Source: a virus
Taxonomy: Duplodnaviria > Caudoviricetes
Strand: one strand, 5' to 3'
IMG/VR virus record: IMGVR_UViG_3300032225_001931
Coordinates: 1-44,938 of that record
Length of the DNA: 44,938 bases
Both the position numbers and the translations under genes were made by a program. Below, in pieces: positions 12,154 to 20,798 of the stretch. The notes under the pieces were generated by a model. It was not told where the DNA came from. It saw only the letters and a program-made list of their open reading frames with translations, and did no database searches. Position 1 is the stretch's first letter; every line of letters begins with the position of its first letter.

Positions 12154-13359
12154 ATGACAACAAGAACTTTGAGATTCCTGGGCACTAGCTCAGCTGCTGA
12201 CATCACCGTGACCATGGGCACACAAATAGTATTTGACGGCTCGGTGGGGCCAGGTCCTGCGTTATTTGAAATCTCAGATTTCTCAATGGACTTTGCAGGC
12301 ATTATGCCCATGACCATCACTGTGAATACAGGCACAGTGACCATGCAAGAAACCATGATCAATGGTCAGCCAATTCTTAATCCCAAGTATAGAGATCAGA
12401 GCAAGTTTAAATCTGCTGTGACCTGGCATGAAAAAGTGCATCTCATAGCCCAGTTGGCCACACCTGCTTTTTCAGAATCTGAAATTGAATTGTTACTGTC
12501 AGATCCTTTTTATATCAGATATCATGATGAAGCTAGATTTCGCAAGCAAAACCAACTCATGAACGAACATGGTTGCAATCTGACCATACGTGACTTGGAT
12601 TCTTGGGCGCCAGTATGTGTGGGTGAAAGTAGATTTAATATAATGATCAATCACTGCCCGCAATCTGTGCAACGTGGCCCAGGAGAGAACGGCACTTGGC
12701 ATTGGACCATCACAGCAGGCAATATGCTATCCTATGATTTAACAATTGATCCAGTAAGTGACATATCTCAATTCATGGGAGAATATCAGCTGCCCAGGAT
12801 CCTGATAGATATGTTGCCTCGATCGGCGCTTAAAAACAATATCAAAATCCTGGATATAGGAGTGGACATTGGACAAGTGGCACAGGAATTATGCCAGCAG
12901 TCAATACCCAGTGAACTACATGGATTGGATGTGACCGCAAAAGAATTCAGTGTGAAACACAGGTATGCTGATTTTATCATCGCAGATATCACAAAGAAAA
13001 CACCAGTGGCCGACCACACTTATGACCTAGCTATCTGTTCAAATGTGTTGGGTGCCCTGGGCGAATTTGACAACACCGGTGCATGGAAACCGCATGGATT
13101 CCAAGAGTCTGAATTACCAGACTACCCGACCAAGGTTGGTGCAACCTGCTTGGAAGAAATCTTGAGAATATTACGACCAGGTGCGATATTTGTATTTTCG
13201 ATCACGCGAGCCTTTTGGCCTGAGTTTGATCTCAAATTAAATCAACTGGAATACCAAGGCCAAATCAAACAATTAAAGCACAGTTGGGAATATCACCAGG
13301 ACGGCTATTACATGTTTCCACCGCGGCACATGTGCGTGATGCTGGAAAAAATTAAATAA
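12154..13359 (+). CDS. protein with C-terminal class I SAM-methyltransferase-like domain
   Basis: ILDIGVDIG, GLD, YDLAIC and ILRILRPGAIFVF in the C-terminal half. N-terminal half is unassigned. Confidence 0.6.
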   Translation: MTTRTLRFLGTSSAADITVTMGTQIVFDGSVGPGPALFEISDFSMDFAGIMPMTITVNTGTVTMQETMINGQPILNPKYRDQSKFKSAVTWHEKVHLIAQLATPAFSESEIELLLSDPFYIRYHDEARFRKQNQLMNEHGCNLTIRDLDSWAPVCVGESRFNIMINHCPQSVQRGPGENGTWHWTITAGNMLSYDLTIDPVSDISQFMGEYQLPRILIDMLPRSALKNNIKILDIGVDIGQVAQELCQQSIPSELHGLDVTAKEFSVKHRYADFIIADITKKTPVADHTYDLAICSNVLGALGEFDNTGAWKPHGFQESELPDYPTKVGATCLEEILRILRPGAIFVFSITRAFWPEFDLKLNQLEYQGQIKQLKHSWEYHQDGYYMFPPRHMCVMLEKIK

Positions 13360-13375
13360 CCCAGCAACTCCCTGG

Positions 13376-13404
13376 TTGACCGGTATCGCGCTCTGCGTTA
13401 TACT
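13376..13404 (+). promoter_or_regulatory. sigma70-type (early) promoter
   Basis: TTGACC-N17-TATACT. Confidence 0.7.
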
Positions 13405-13410
13405 AGCCAC

Positions 13411-13539
13411 ATGTCAACACAAAAGCACACAGCAACTGAATTGCAACAAGAGTTGGAACTATCCAACCAAAATCGCAATTTGAGTTGGCAAAATGGGTTG
13501 ACTGCTATTGTAACCGCTGCTATAATAGTGGCTTGTTAA
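13411..13539 (+). CDS. putative leaderless 42-aa peptide
   Basis: ATG lies 6 nt after the -10 box. MSTQKHTATELQQELELSNQNRNLSWQNGLTAIVTAAIIVAC. Overlaps the second promoter, so it may be incidental. Confidence 0.3.
   Translation: MSTQKHTATELQQELELSNQNRNLSWQNGLTAIVTAAIIVAC
13498..13526 (+). promoter_or_regulatory. sigma70-type (early) promoter
   Basis: TTGACT-N17-TATAAT with TG extended -10 (TGCTATAAT). Confidence 0.8.
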
Positions 13540-13558
13540 ACATAAAGGGCTAGAAACC

Positions 13559-14587
13559 ATGTCAGCAATTCGTATCCTGCGCGGCGAGTATCGCGGCAAA
13601 ACTGTTAAAAACCAAAGCTTCGCTCTAGTGTCGGGCTTCCAAAAGGGCGCAAAAGGCGGCTATGTCACAGTGCAAAACAACGGCACATTCCCCAACTGCC
13701 CTGCTACTATCCGCGTCCGTGTTGATGCTATCTCTGACTACGAGATGATCAACGGCGATGCTGTGGAACAGAACACACCCGCTGCTAAGGTATCTGCTTT
13801 TGTAGTAGAAACTGAAGAGCAAGCAATGACTCGCATCCGCGAGCGTTTTGAAATCCTTACTGAAATGTCAAAGGCATGCATTGGCGGTGACATCCGCGCA
13901 ATGATCGTATCGGGCCCTCCTGGCGTGGGCAAGAGCCACGGCGTGGAGCAAGAAATTGAAAAAGCCACGCTGTTTGACAAGATCGCAGGCAAGCGGCTTC
14001 GCGCAGAAGTTGTAAAAGGTTCTGCAACTCCCATTGGCCTGTATCAAGCTCTTTACAAATACAGCGACCCCAACTGTGTGTTGGTGTTTGATGACTGTGA
14101 CTCAATCTTGCTTGACGATGTGTGCTTGAACTTGCTGAAAGGCGCACTGGACTCTGGCAAGAAGCGCAAGATCTCCTGGTTGAGTGAATCTAGCACTCTG
14201 CGTCGCGAAGGCATCCCAGACAGCTTCGACTTCAAAGGCAGTGTGATTTTCATCACCAACATGAAGTTCGACAAGATGAAGTCGCAGAAATTGCGAGATC
14301 ACCTGGACGCCCTGCAGAGTCGTTGCCATTACTTGGACTTGACCTTGGACACCATGCGTGACAAGATCTTGCGTATCAAGCAGATCGCCAAGGACGGTGT
14401 GTTGTTTGCAGACTACGACTTTGAGCCCGAGACACAAGACAGCATCTTTGAGTTCATGGAAACCAATCAAGAACGTCTGCGTGAGATGAGCCTGCGTATG
14501 GCGCTGAAGATTGCAGACTTGCGTAAGCTGAGCCCAGGCAACTGGCAACGTCTGGCAGAGACTACCTGCATGAAGGTAGCTGACTAA
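13559..14587 (+). CDS. P-loop AAA-type ATPase
   Basis: Walker A GPPGVGKS, Walker B LVFDDCD, sensor FITN and ALQSR Arg finger. Confidence 0.8.
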   Translation: MSAIRILRGEYRGKTVKNQSFALVSGFQKGAKGGYVTVQNNGTFPNCPATIRVRVDAISDYEMINGDAVEQNTPAAKVSAFVVETEEQAMTRIRERFEILTEMSKACIGGDIRAMIVSGPPGVGKSHGVEQEIEKATLFDKIAGKRLRAEVVKGSATPIGLYQALYKYSDPNCVLVFDDCDSILLDDVCLNLLKGALDSGKKRKISWLSESSTLRREGIPDSFDFKGSVIFITNMKFDKMKSQKLRDHLDALQSRCHYLDLTLDTMRDKILRIKQIAKDGVLFADYDFEPETQDSIFEFMETNQERLREMSLRMALKIADLRKLSPGNWQRLAETTCMKVAD

Positions 14588-14673
14588 TGCCCTGGGTAGC
14601 CGTGATTGCAGCATTATGGTGCGGCTACCCTTGGGTGGCCGGTTTGATTGCTTTTCTTTTGGTGACATGGTAA
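14587..14673 (+). CDS. 28-aa hydrophobic peptide
   Basis: TAATG coupling to the ATPase stop. MPWVAVIAALWCGYPWVAGLIAFLLVTW. Confidence 0.5.
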   Translation: MPWVAVIAALWCGYPWVAGLIAFLLVTW

Positions 14674-14674
14674 T

Positions 14675-14815
14675 ATGGAAGCTTCGATTGTTTGGATGCT
14701 GTTGAATGGTTGGTTTGCCAAGAGTGCCTTTGAACAGGGTTCTAACTGGGCAGGCTGGATCTGTTTGTTTTTTAGTTCTTGGTATCTTGCCAAGATCATG
14801 GTCTCAATCTTTTAA
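14675..14815 (+). CDS. 46-aa membrane peptide
   Basis: Starts 1 nt after the previous stop. MEASIVWMLLNGWFAKSAFEQGSNWAGWICLFFSSWYLAKIMVSIF. Confidence 0.5.
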   Translation: MEASIVWMLLNGWFAKSAFEQGSNWAGWICLFFSSWYLAKIMVSIF

Positions 14816-14824
14816 GGAGATGAC

Positions 14825-14935
14825 ATGTTTGAAGTCTGGGATGGTGATTTGTTTTTGTATACAGTGTCAGATCAATATCAAGCTGATGAAGCTCGAGACA
14901 CCGGGTTCCGCGTAGTGCCAATCTCACAGGAATAA
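14825..14935 (+). CDS. 36-aa hypothetical peptide
   Basis: Strong AAGGAG Shine-Dalgarno. MFEVWDGDLFLYTVSDQYQADEARDTGFRVVPISQE. Confidence 0.55.
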   Translation: MFEVWDGDLFLYTVSDQYQADEARDTGFRVVPISQE

Positions 14936-15000
14936 TGGGTTTTGGCGTAAAGCCAGGAAACAGAGTCGCAGTGAATTTCTAGCCCGGCGACTCTTTTATA

Positions 15001-15026
15001 ACAGGTGCTTTGGCACCTGTTTTTTT
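15001..15026 (+). terminator. intrinsic terminator
   Basis: ACAGGTGC-TTTG-GCACCTGT hairpin followed by a T run. Confidence 0.8.
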
Positions 15027-15068
15027 GACTTTTTGTCATGTGTATGCTACTATGTTACTATATACACT

Positions 15069-16193
15069 ATGCCCTTCTGCTATAACCCCTGGACCAACAT
15101 TGAAGTCAAGATGGACGGTGGTATACTTCCTTGCTGCAAGTATACACTTTCTGAATCAGACCCAAAATTCAATTTGAAATCTCACTCGTTTGAGGATTAC
15201 TATCACAGCAAGTTCTTGGCTGAGATCAAAAAAGATTTTGTGCAAGGCCAATGGCCATCGGGTTGTGAATCATGCCGACTAGAAGAACAGAACAATATAC
15301 CCAGCAAACGTCAATTGGACTTGGATCGCTGGAGTGAACATTATGAACAATATCAGCTGGACAGTGGACAATTACTCACTGCCGATCTTGTGGTGGGAAA
15401 TATTTGTAATTTAAAATGCATCATTTGCGATTCGTATTACAGCAGTCTCTGGAGAGAAGAATATCGCAAAATATATGGCATAGATAATGCCAACATGCGT
15501 GCCGATCAGATTGATCTTGTGCAAGTGTTGACCAAACATGCTCCCAATCTGATACATTTGGATCTGTCCGGCGGGGAGACATTTTTGAGTGGAGTGCCAG
15601 AACAAAAGAAAATGTTGAAACATTATGTTGAGTCCGGGCAAGCTGCAAATATCACCTTGCATTACAACACCAATGTGACTGTGTTCCCCAACGAAGAATG
15701 GTGGGAATTATGGAGTCATTTCAAGGAAATCGACATACAGCTCAGCATGGACGGCATACAGGAAAAATTTGAATACATTAGATATCCGGCTGAGTGGTCC
15801 ACGGTGGTCACACATGTGGAACAATACGTACAGAAAGAAAAACAACTAACAAATGTCAGACTCAGTGTGTGCTATACAGTGAGTGCGTATAATATCTTTT
15901 ATCTAGACGAATTCTTCTCATGGTGTTATAATCAAGGACTACCAGAACCTTACTTGAACAGAGTTCTCAATCCTGTACACATGAAGCCCGGGGTCTGGCC
16001 CGACAAGCAAATGATCATTGATCGGCTGATGAAAAGCCGATATCTAAGAGTGAGAACCTGGTCAGAGATCATTCGCAATGTGGATGACAGTGAACACTTT
16101 GATGAATTCTGTCGGCGATTACATCAGCACGATCAGTATCGTGGTGTGGATTTTAAAACTGTATTTCCGGAAATGGCACCTTATATAAAATGA
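15069..16193 (+). CDS. radical SAM protein with N-terminal SPASM/twitch-like Cys domain
   Basis: CNLKCIIC (CxxxCxxC), SGGETF and YNTN. N-terminal FC..PW...PCC...C..C. Start at ATG 15069 after TATATA-N4. Confidence 0.85.
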   Translation: MPFCYNPWTNIEVKMDGGILPCCKYTLSESDPKFNLKSHSFEDYYHSKFLAEIKKDFVQGQWPSGCESCRLEEQNNIPSKRQLDLDRWSEHYEQYQLDSGQLLTADLVVGNICNLKCIICDSYYSSLWREEYRKIYGIDNANMRADQIDLVQVLTKHAPNLIHLDLSGGETFLSGVPEQKKMLKHYVESGQAANITLHYNTNVTVFPNEEWWELWSHFKEIDIQLSMDGIQEKFEYIRYPAEWSTVVTHVEQYVQKEKQLTNVRLSVCYTVSAYNIFYLDEFFSWCYNQGLPEPYLNRVLNPVHMKPGVWPDKQMIIDRLMKSRYLRVRTWSEIIRNVDDSEHFDEFCRRLHQHDQYRGVDFKTVFPEMAPYIK

Positions 16194-17650
16194 AAAGAGC
16201 AACCATAACCATTCGAGACGAAGTGAACATCAAAATCGAAGGCCTGGATCTTGACACTCGCAGAGATCTAGTGAAGAAATTCAAATACGATGTGCCCTAC
16301 GCCCGTTATCTTCCTGCTGTGCGACTGGGACGTTGGGATGGCAAAGTGGCTTACTTCCAACTGGGCGGCAGCACTTATGTGAATCTCTTGCCGGAAATAA
16401 TCCCCATATTGGAAAAACAAAACTACGATATCGAACTAGACGATCAGCGTGAATACACCACAACATTTGATTTCACACAAGTTACGGAGACCACATATCA
16501 GGATCGTAAATGGCCCACAGGGCATCCTGCCGCGGGGCAGCCCATCTTGCTGCGTGACTATCAGGTGGAGATTGTGAACAATTTCCTAGCCAATCCGCAA
16601 TGCCTGCAGGAAGTGGCCACAGGAGCGGGCAAGACCATCATGACAGCAGCTCTAAGTGATGCAGTCAGCGCGTATGGCCGTAGTATCGTTATTGTGCCCA
16701 ACAAAAGTCTTGTGACCCAGACAGAAAAAGATTACATCAATATGGAACTGGATGTAGGTGTGTATTTTGGCGACAGAAAAGAATATGGCAGACATCACAC
16801 CATCTGCACCTGGCAGAGCCTAAACAATCTTTTAAAGAACACAAAAAATGGTGTGGGCGATTGCACTATACAGGAGTTTCTTGAAGACGTGGTGTGTGTT
16901 ATAGTAGACGAAGTGCATATGGCCAAAGCAGATGCACTAAAGACCTTGCTCACAGGCGTGATGGCTCACATACCTATACGTTGGGGACTCACAGGAACTA
17001 TCCCAAAAGAGCTGTTTGAGAGCCAAAGCCTGTTGGTGAGCTTGGGTCCTGTGATATCCAAGTTAGCTGCAAGTGAACTACAGGATCGCGGTGTGTTGGC
17101 GCAGTGCCATGTGAACGTGGTTCAGCTGGTAGACATACGCGAGCACAAGACCTATCAAGAAGAACTAAAATATCTTTTAGAAGAACCCGGCAGACTGGAT
17201 GCCATCGCTCAGTTGGTGTTGCAAGTAAATGAAACAGGCAATACCTTGGTCTTGGTAGATCGCGTGGCAGCCGGGCATGAACTGGTCACAAGACTGGGTG
17301 ACCGTGCTGTGTTTGTGTCAGGTGCAACCAAGGCCCGAGACAGGCAGGATGAATATGATGAAGTGGCCATCAGCACAGACAAGATCATCGTGGCCACATA
17401 CGGTGTGGCAGCAGTGGGTATCAACATTCCGCGCATCTTTAACTTGGTAATGATCGAACCAGGCAAGAGTTTTACCCGGGTGATCCAATCAATCGGACGC
17501 GGAATACGCAAAGCCGAAGATAAAGATCATGTGCAGATATGGGATATCACCTCAACATGCAAATTCAGCAAAAGACACTTGACCAAACGCAAGGTATTCT
17601 ACAATGAAGCCAACTATCCTTACACTCAGGAGAAACTGAACTGGCAATAG
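16190..17650 (+). CDS. uvsW: UvsW-like SF2 helicase
   Basis: LRDYQ, ATGAGKT, DEVH, GLTGT and QSIGRGIR. Confidence 0.9.
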   Translation: MKRATITIRDEVNIKIEGLDLDTRRDLVKKFKYDVPYARYLPAVRLGRWDGKVAYFQLGGSTYVNLLPEIIPILEKQNYDIELDDQREYTTTFDFTQVTETTYQDRKWPTGHPAAGQPILLRDYQVEIVNNFLANPQCLQEVATGAGKTIMTAALSDAVSAYGRSIVIVPNKSLVTQTEKDYINMELDVGVYFGDRKEYGRHHTICTWQSLNNLLKNTKNGVGDCTIQEFLEDVVCVIVDEVHMAKADALKTLLTGVMAHIPIRWGLTGTIPKELFESQSLLVSLGPVISKLAASELQDRGVLAQCHVNVVQLVDIREHKTYQEELKYLLEEPGRLDAIAQLVLQVNETGNTLVLVDRVAAGHELVTRLGDRAVFVSGATKARDRQDEYDEVAISTDKIIVATYGVAAVGINIPRIFNLVMIEPGKSFTRVIQSIGRGIRKAEDKDHVQIWDITSTCKFSKRHLTKRKVFYNEANYPYTQEKLNWQ

Positions 17651-17651
17651 G

Positions 17652-17680
17652 TTGCATTCTTCACAACTATAATATACAAT
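17652..17680 (+). promoter_or_regulatory. sigma70-type promoter
   Basis: TTGCAT-N17-TACAAT, with ATG 17687 six nt downstream. Confidence 0.55.
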
Positions 17681-17686
17681 AAACTC

Positions 17687-18187
17687 ATGCGTATATTAAC
17701 CCTAGACAACAAACCCTATGATCTTGACCATTTGCCCGAATAGGTAGATGACATGAGATTCGCCATACTAGACAATTCAGACCCGGCCAATCCAGACTAT
17801 CATTATATTCCCTTGATCTTTTTGGAAAGTTTCAGCGCACCTGCACTGGTGCTACAGATTGGTGATTTTAAAATCAAGATGCCGGTGGACTGGCAGATCC
17901 TGATTGGTGAACCTGATGTGGGAGATCTAGAAATGTTACCACTCACCAGCATAAATGATCGTGGCTTCAAAGTATTCCAATTCAATCCACTCAGCAGTTT
18001 CCGCCCCAGTTTTCCCGCCATAGAGATCGTGGATGTGTATCAAGAAGTGGCATGGTATGCGCCCAAGCTGAAAAATGGTCAGATGTTGTGTGTGCCCATC
18101 AATGACGCAGAGCAGCCGGACTGTGTGTATTTTGTAAAAGACATCAGTCGCAACTGCGAGATCGTGGATTACAATCGAGCCTGGTGA
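17687..18187 (+). CDS. hypothetical protein interrupted by an in-frame TAG at 17741-17743 (pseudogene, readthrough or sequence error)
   Basis: MRILTLDNKPYDLDHLPE*VDDMRFAILDN... The ATG at 17687 is in frame with the 17753 ORF and sits at the predicted +1 of a promoter. Confidence 0.6.
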
Positions 18188-18462
18188 TGGGACAGTTACG
18201 GCCCGGTGCCAACTATGTTTATGAACGTGTGGGCGATACGGTGTATCAGCGCGAAGTAGGAGTCAATCCTGCTACGCGAACAGAAGTGGGACATGACTAT
18301 GATCCCAGGACCCAAGATGGTAGACCACTGCGTGAACACATACAGCAAGACCGACTCTGGGGTGATATTCGCAGGGCTGCCCGTGCCAATCCTGCTTTAC
18401 AAGATATTCTGGATCATGCTATAATGGTGTATCATCTAACTCGAACTGACAAATTAAAATGA
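18187..18462 (+). CDS. hypothetical protein
   Basis: TGATG coupling. C-terminal NPALQD motif is shared with the next gene. Confidence 0.7.
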   Translation: MGQLRPGANYVYERVGDTVYQREVGVNPATRTEVGHDYDPRTQDGRPLREHIQQDRLWGDIRRAARANPALQDILDHAIMVYHLTRTDKLK

Positions 18463-18764
18463 AAACTAACCAGTATACACAAAAGTGGACTGACCAGGAT
18501 ACAGAAAAGTGGACTGACCTGTGGCTTACCAAGGAGTATGAACCGGATGAATGGGAACGCACCAAATGGGAAAAATTGCGCGAAATGGAAGAATATAAAG
18601 AAATCCAAGAAAAAGTATATGAGCCTTACTTTGAGCTTTCCGGCGATGAATACCGACTATTCGAACAATGGCGAGACATAACAGCAGCCGCTGAAACCAA
18701 TCCTGCTTTACAAGACCTGCTGGATCAAACAAAAATGGTGTATAAGCTGACCAAGATCAAATGA
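18459..18764 (+). CDS. hypothetical protein (partial paralog of the upstream gene)
   Basis: ATGA overlaps at both ends. W.DI..AA..NPALQD.LD...MVY.L motif. Confidence 0.65.
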   Translation: MKTNQYTQKWTDQDTEKWTDLWLTKEYEPDEWERTKWEKLREMEEYKEIQEKVYEPYFELSGDEYRLFEQWRDITAAAETNPALQDLLDQTKMVYKLTKIK

Positions 18765-19204
18765 GCGACAAACTAAACATTGGCAATGAGATGCGTCAAC
18801 TGGACGCAAAGAACCGTGACTTCTATGATGAACTCACACCAGAAGAACGCCGGAAGTTCTCAACATTCTTGATGGTTCGCTGGGGATCGGCTGTAGATGG
18901 CAGCAGAGAGATCCAGGAATACTATGTGCAGAGTGTGAATCATTATCTAAACAAACACTTCTTTACCATGCATCGACATCCCAAACTGCAATGGCTCATG
19001 GCCACAGCAGCCAGCCCAGGCATGGGTTCAATGCGGCACAACTGGATCGCACCCAAGAAAAAAGAAGCCGGTGCCAGTGCTATAAAGAAACAGTTACGAG
19101 AATTGTATCCGCATTTTCGAGATGATGAGATTGATCTCCTGGCTGAACTCACTGACAAAAAAGAACTGGCTCAACTGCAACGGGCTCATGGCAACGACAA
19201 GTAA
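18761..19204 (+). CDS. clamp-loader small subunit, T4 gp62-like
   Basis: Size, FSTFLMVRW, HPKLQW and WIAPKKK resemble the gp62 family. Replication context. Confidence 0.55.
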   Translation: MSDKLNIGNEMRQLDAKNRDFYDELTPEERRKFSTFLMVRWGSAVDGSREIQEYYVQSVNHYLNKHFFTMHRHPKLQWLMATAASPGMGSMRHNWIAPKKKEAGASAIKKQLRELYPHFRDDEIDLLAELTDKKELAQLQRAHGNDK

Positions 19205-19874
19205 CTTCACATGTAGGTATTGCGACAGATCATTCAGCCGAGAAACCACGCTGAGTGTGCATGTTTGCGAACAAAAGAAACGCTATCAGGAGCAAAGTGA
19301 GCGCGGTGTGCAGTTGGGTCTACAAGGCTATCTAAAGTTCTACGAATACACACAAGGATCTGCCAAACTCAAGTCTTGGGATGACTTTGCTACATCGCCT
19401 TACTATCGTGCGTTTGTGAAATGGGGTAGGTATTGTGTGGATGTTCGGGTGATCCAGCCAGAACGATTCCTTGAATGGTTGCTAAAAGGCAACAAAAAGA
19501 TTGACAACTGGTGCAGTGATCGTTTATACACAGAGTATCTTGTGTCACATGTGCAGAAAGAAACAGTGAATGATGCCCTGGCTCGCGCCATTGAATACAG
19601 CATTGACTGGAGCGAAAAAAATGGTTCTCCTTCACATGATTGTTTGAGATATGGCAGTGCAAATGCCACATGCTATGCTGTGACCACAGGCAGGATCAGT
19701 GCTTGGGTGATCTACAACAGTGAATCTGGGCAAAAGTTCCTATCAGAACTCAACGCAGAGCAAGTCTCAATGATATGGCCTTACATTGATTCAGATATAT
19801 GGCAAAAGAAGTTTGCGGATTATCCTGGGGATCAGGAATACGCACGAGAGATTTTAACACAAGCAGGATGGTGA
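19188..19874 (+). CDS. hypothetical protein with N-terminal zinc finger
   Basis: FTCRYCDRSF...LSVHVC (C2HC/C2H2-like). Confidence 0.7.
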   Translation: MATTSNFTCRYCDRSFSRETTLSVHVCEQKKRYQEQSERGVQLGLQGYLKFYEYTQGSAKLKSWDDFATSPYYRAFVKWGRYCVDVRVIQPERFLEWLLKGNKKIDNWCSDRLYTEYLVSHVQKETVNDALARAIEYSIDWSEKNGSPSHDCLRYGSANATCYAVTTGRISAWVIYNSESGQKFLSELNAEQVSMIWPYIDSDIWQKKFADYPGDQEYAREILTQAGW

Positions 19875-19875
19875 A

Positions 19876-20232
19876 ATGATCAAACATGTATACACTAGTG
19901 GACCATATATAACCACAACAAACAACCAGGCCACCAACTACATGAACAACTACAGCGGTGCTCAAGGGCTGGGTAATATTCGATTCAACACCACACTTCA
20001 GGCCTTGGAAGTGTATGATGGCACCATGTGGCACCCTATACAGATGGGCACCGTGAGTTTGAGTCTCACAACGGATGCTGTGGCAGCCATTGCTTGGGCC
20101 AGTCAACAGCGCCATGACGAAATGAAAATAAAAGAATTGGCTGAACGGCATCCTGCTGTGGCCGATCAGTTGGCAGCGGTGCAGGAAGCAGAAGAAAAAC
20201 TGCGTATGGTCACACTCCTGGTGCAGACATGA
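19876..20232 (+). CDS. hypothetical protein
   Basis: Tightly packed ORF with GNIRFN...LEVYDG..W motif and a coiled-coil C-terminus. Confidence 0.7.
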   Translation: MIKHVYTSGPYITTTNNQATNYMNNYSGAQGLGNIRFNTTLQALEVYDGTMWHPIQMGTVSLSLTTDAVAAIAWASQQRHDEMKIKELAERHPAVADQLAAVQEAEEKLRMVTLLVQT

Positions 20233-20798
20233 GCGCAGACATTGACATTGATGTGCCCAATAGGGATGCTGTGCTGGCCTTGATCCCACACATTGCGGCA
20301 CGGCAGAGCAACGGTCGCCGACACAACTCCGGCATCTATGTGACCAAGATTCCACAAGATCCTGTGACAGGATGTGCGGCTATAGATTACGAAACAGCCG
20401 AAGCTCGCGGCTACTTCAAGATCGACTTGTTGAACATGAGTGTATACAACCTGATTCGAGATACTGAACACTATGAACAGATATTGGCACAAGATCCGCC
20501 TTGGACTAGACTGTGGACGGATACAGTCTGGGCCAGTCAACTGGTTCACATAGGCAACTACACTGAGCTATTGCGATCAATGAAGCCAGATTCGATCCCC
20601 AGGATGGCTGCTTTCATTTCAGTGATCCGCCCAGGCAAAGCACATTTACAGAATCAACCTTGGAACCTGGTGTTTGAGTCGGTGTGGGATAGTGATGATA
20701 GTCGGGGCTATGTGTTCAAGAAGGCTCATGCTGTGGGATATGCAGCCTTGGTGGCCCTGCATATGAACTTACTCAACTCGGCGAACCAGGGTAATTGA
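20229..20798 (+). CDS. miniature DNA polymerase III alpha (DnaE)-like protein
   Basis: DIDID, HNSGIY, GYFKIDLL, ISVIRPG and GYVFKKAHAVGYA are collinear with C-family polymerase motifs. Confidence 0.7.
   Translation: MSADIDIDVPNRDAVLALIPHIAARQSNGRRHNSGIYVTKIPQDPVTGCAAIDYETAEARGYFKIDLLNMSVYNLIRDTEHYEQILAQDPPWTRLWTDTVWASQLVHIGNYTELLRSMKPDSIPRMAAFISVIRPGKAHLQNQPWNLVFESVWDSDDSRGYVFKKAHAVGYAALVALHMNLLNSANQGN

Noticed and set aside
14102-14668. Long antisense ORFs (also 145-639, 19750-20355, 31773-32207)
   Set aside because: They are shadows of well-supported genes on the opposite strand and have no motifs or start signals.
14883-14961. Possible hammerhead ribozyme (CTGATGA ... GAAAC)
   Set aside because: GAAA does not follow the weak stem after CTGATGA, no stems I or III could be built, and the motif lies in a Shine-Dalgarno-supported micro-ORF.
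16190-18187. UvsW readthrough fusion with the downstream gene
   Set aside because: The frames match, but this has a 1-in-3 chance. The spacer looks like a promoter, and fusion would need two readthrough events.
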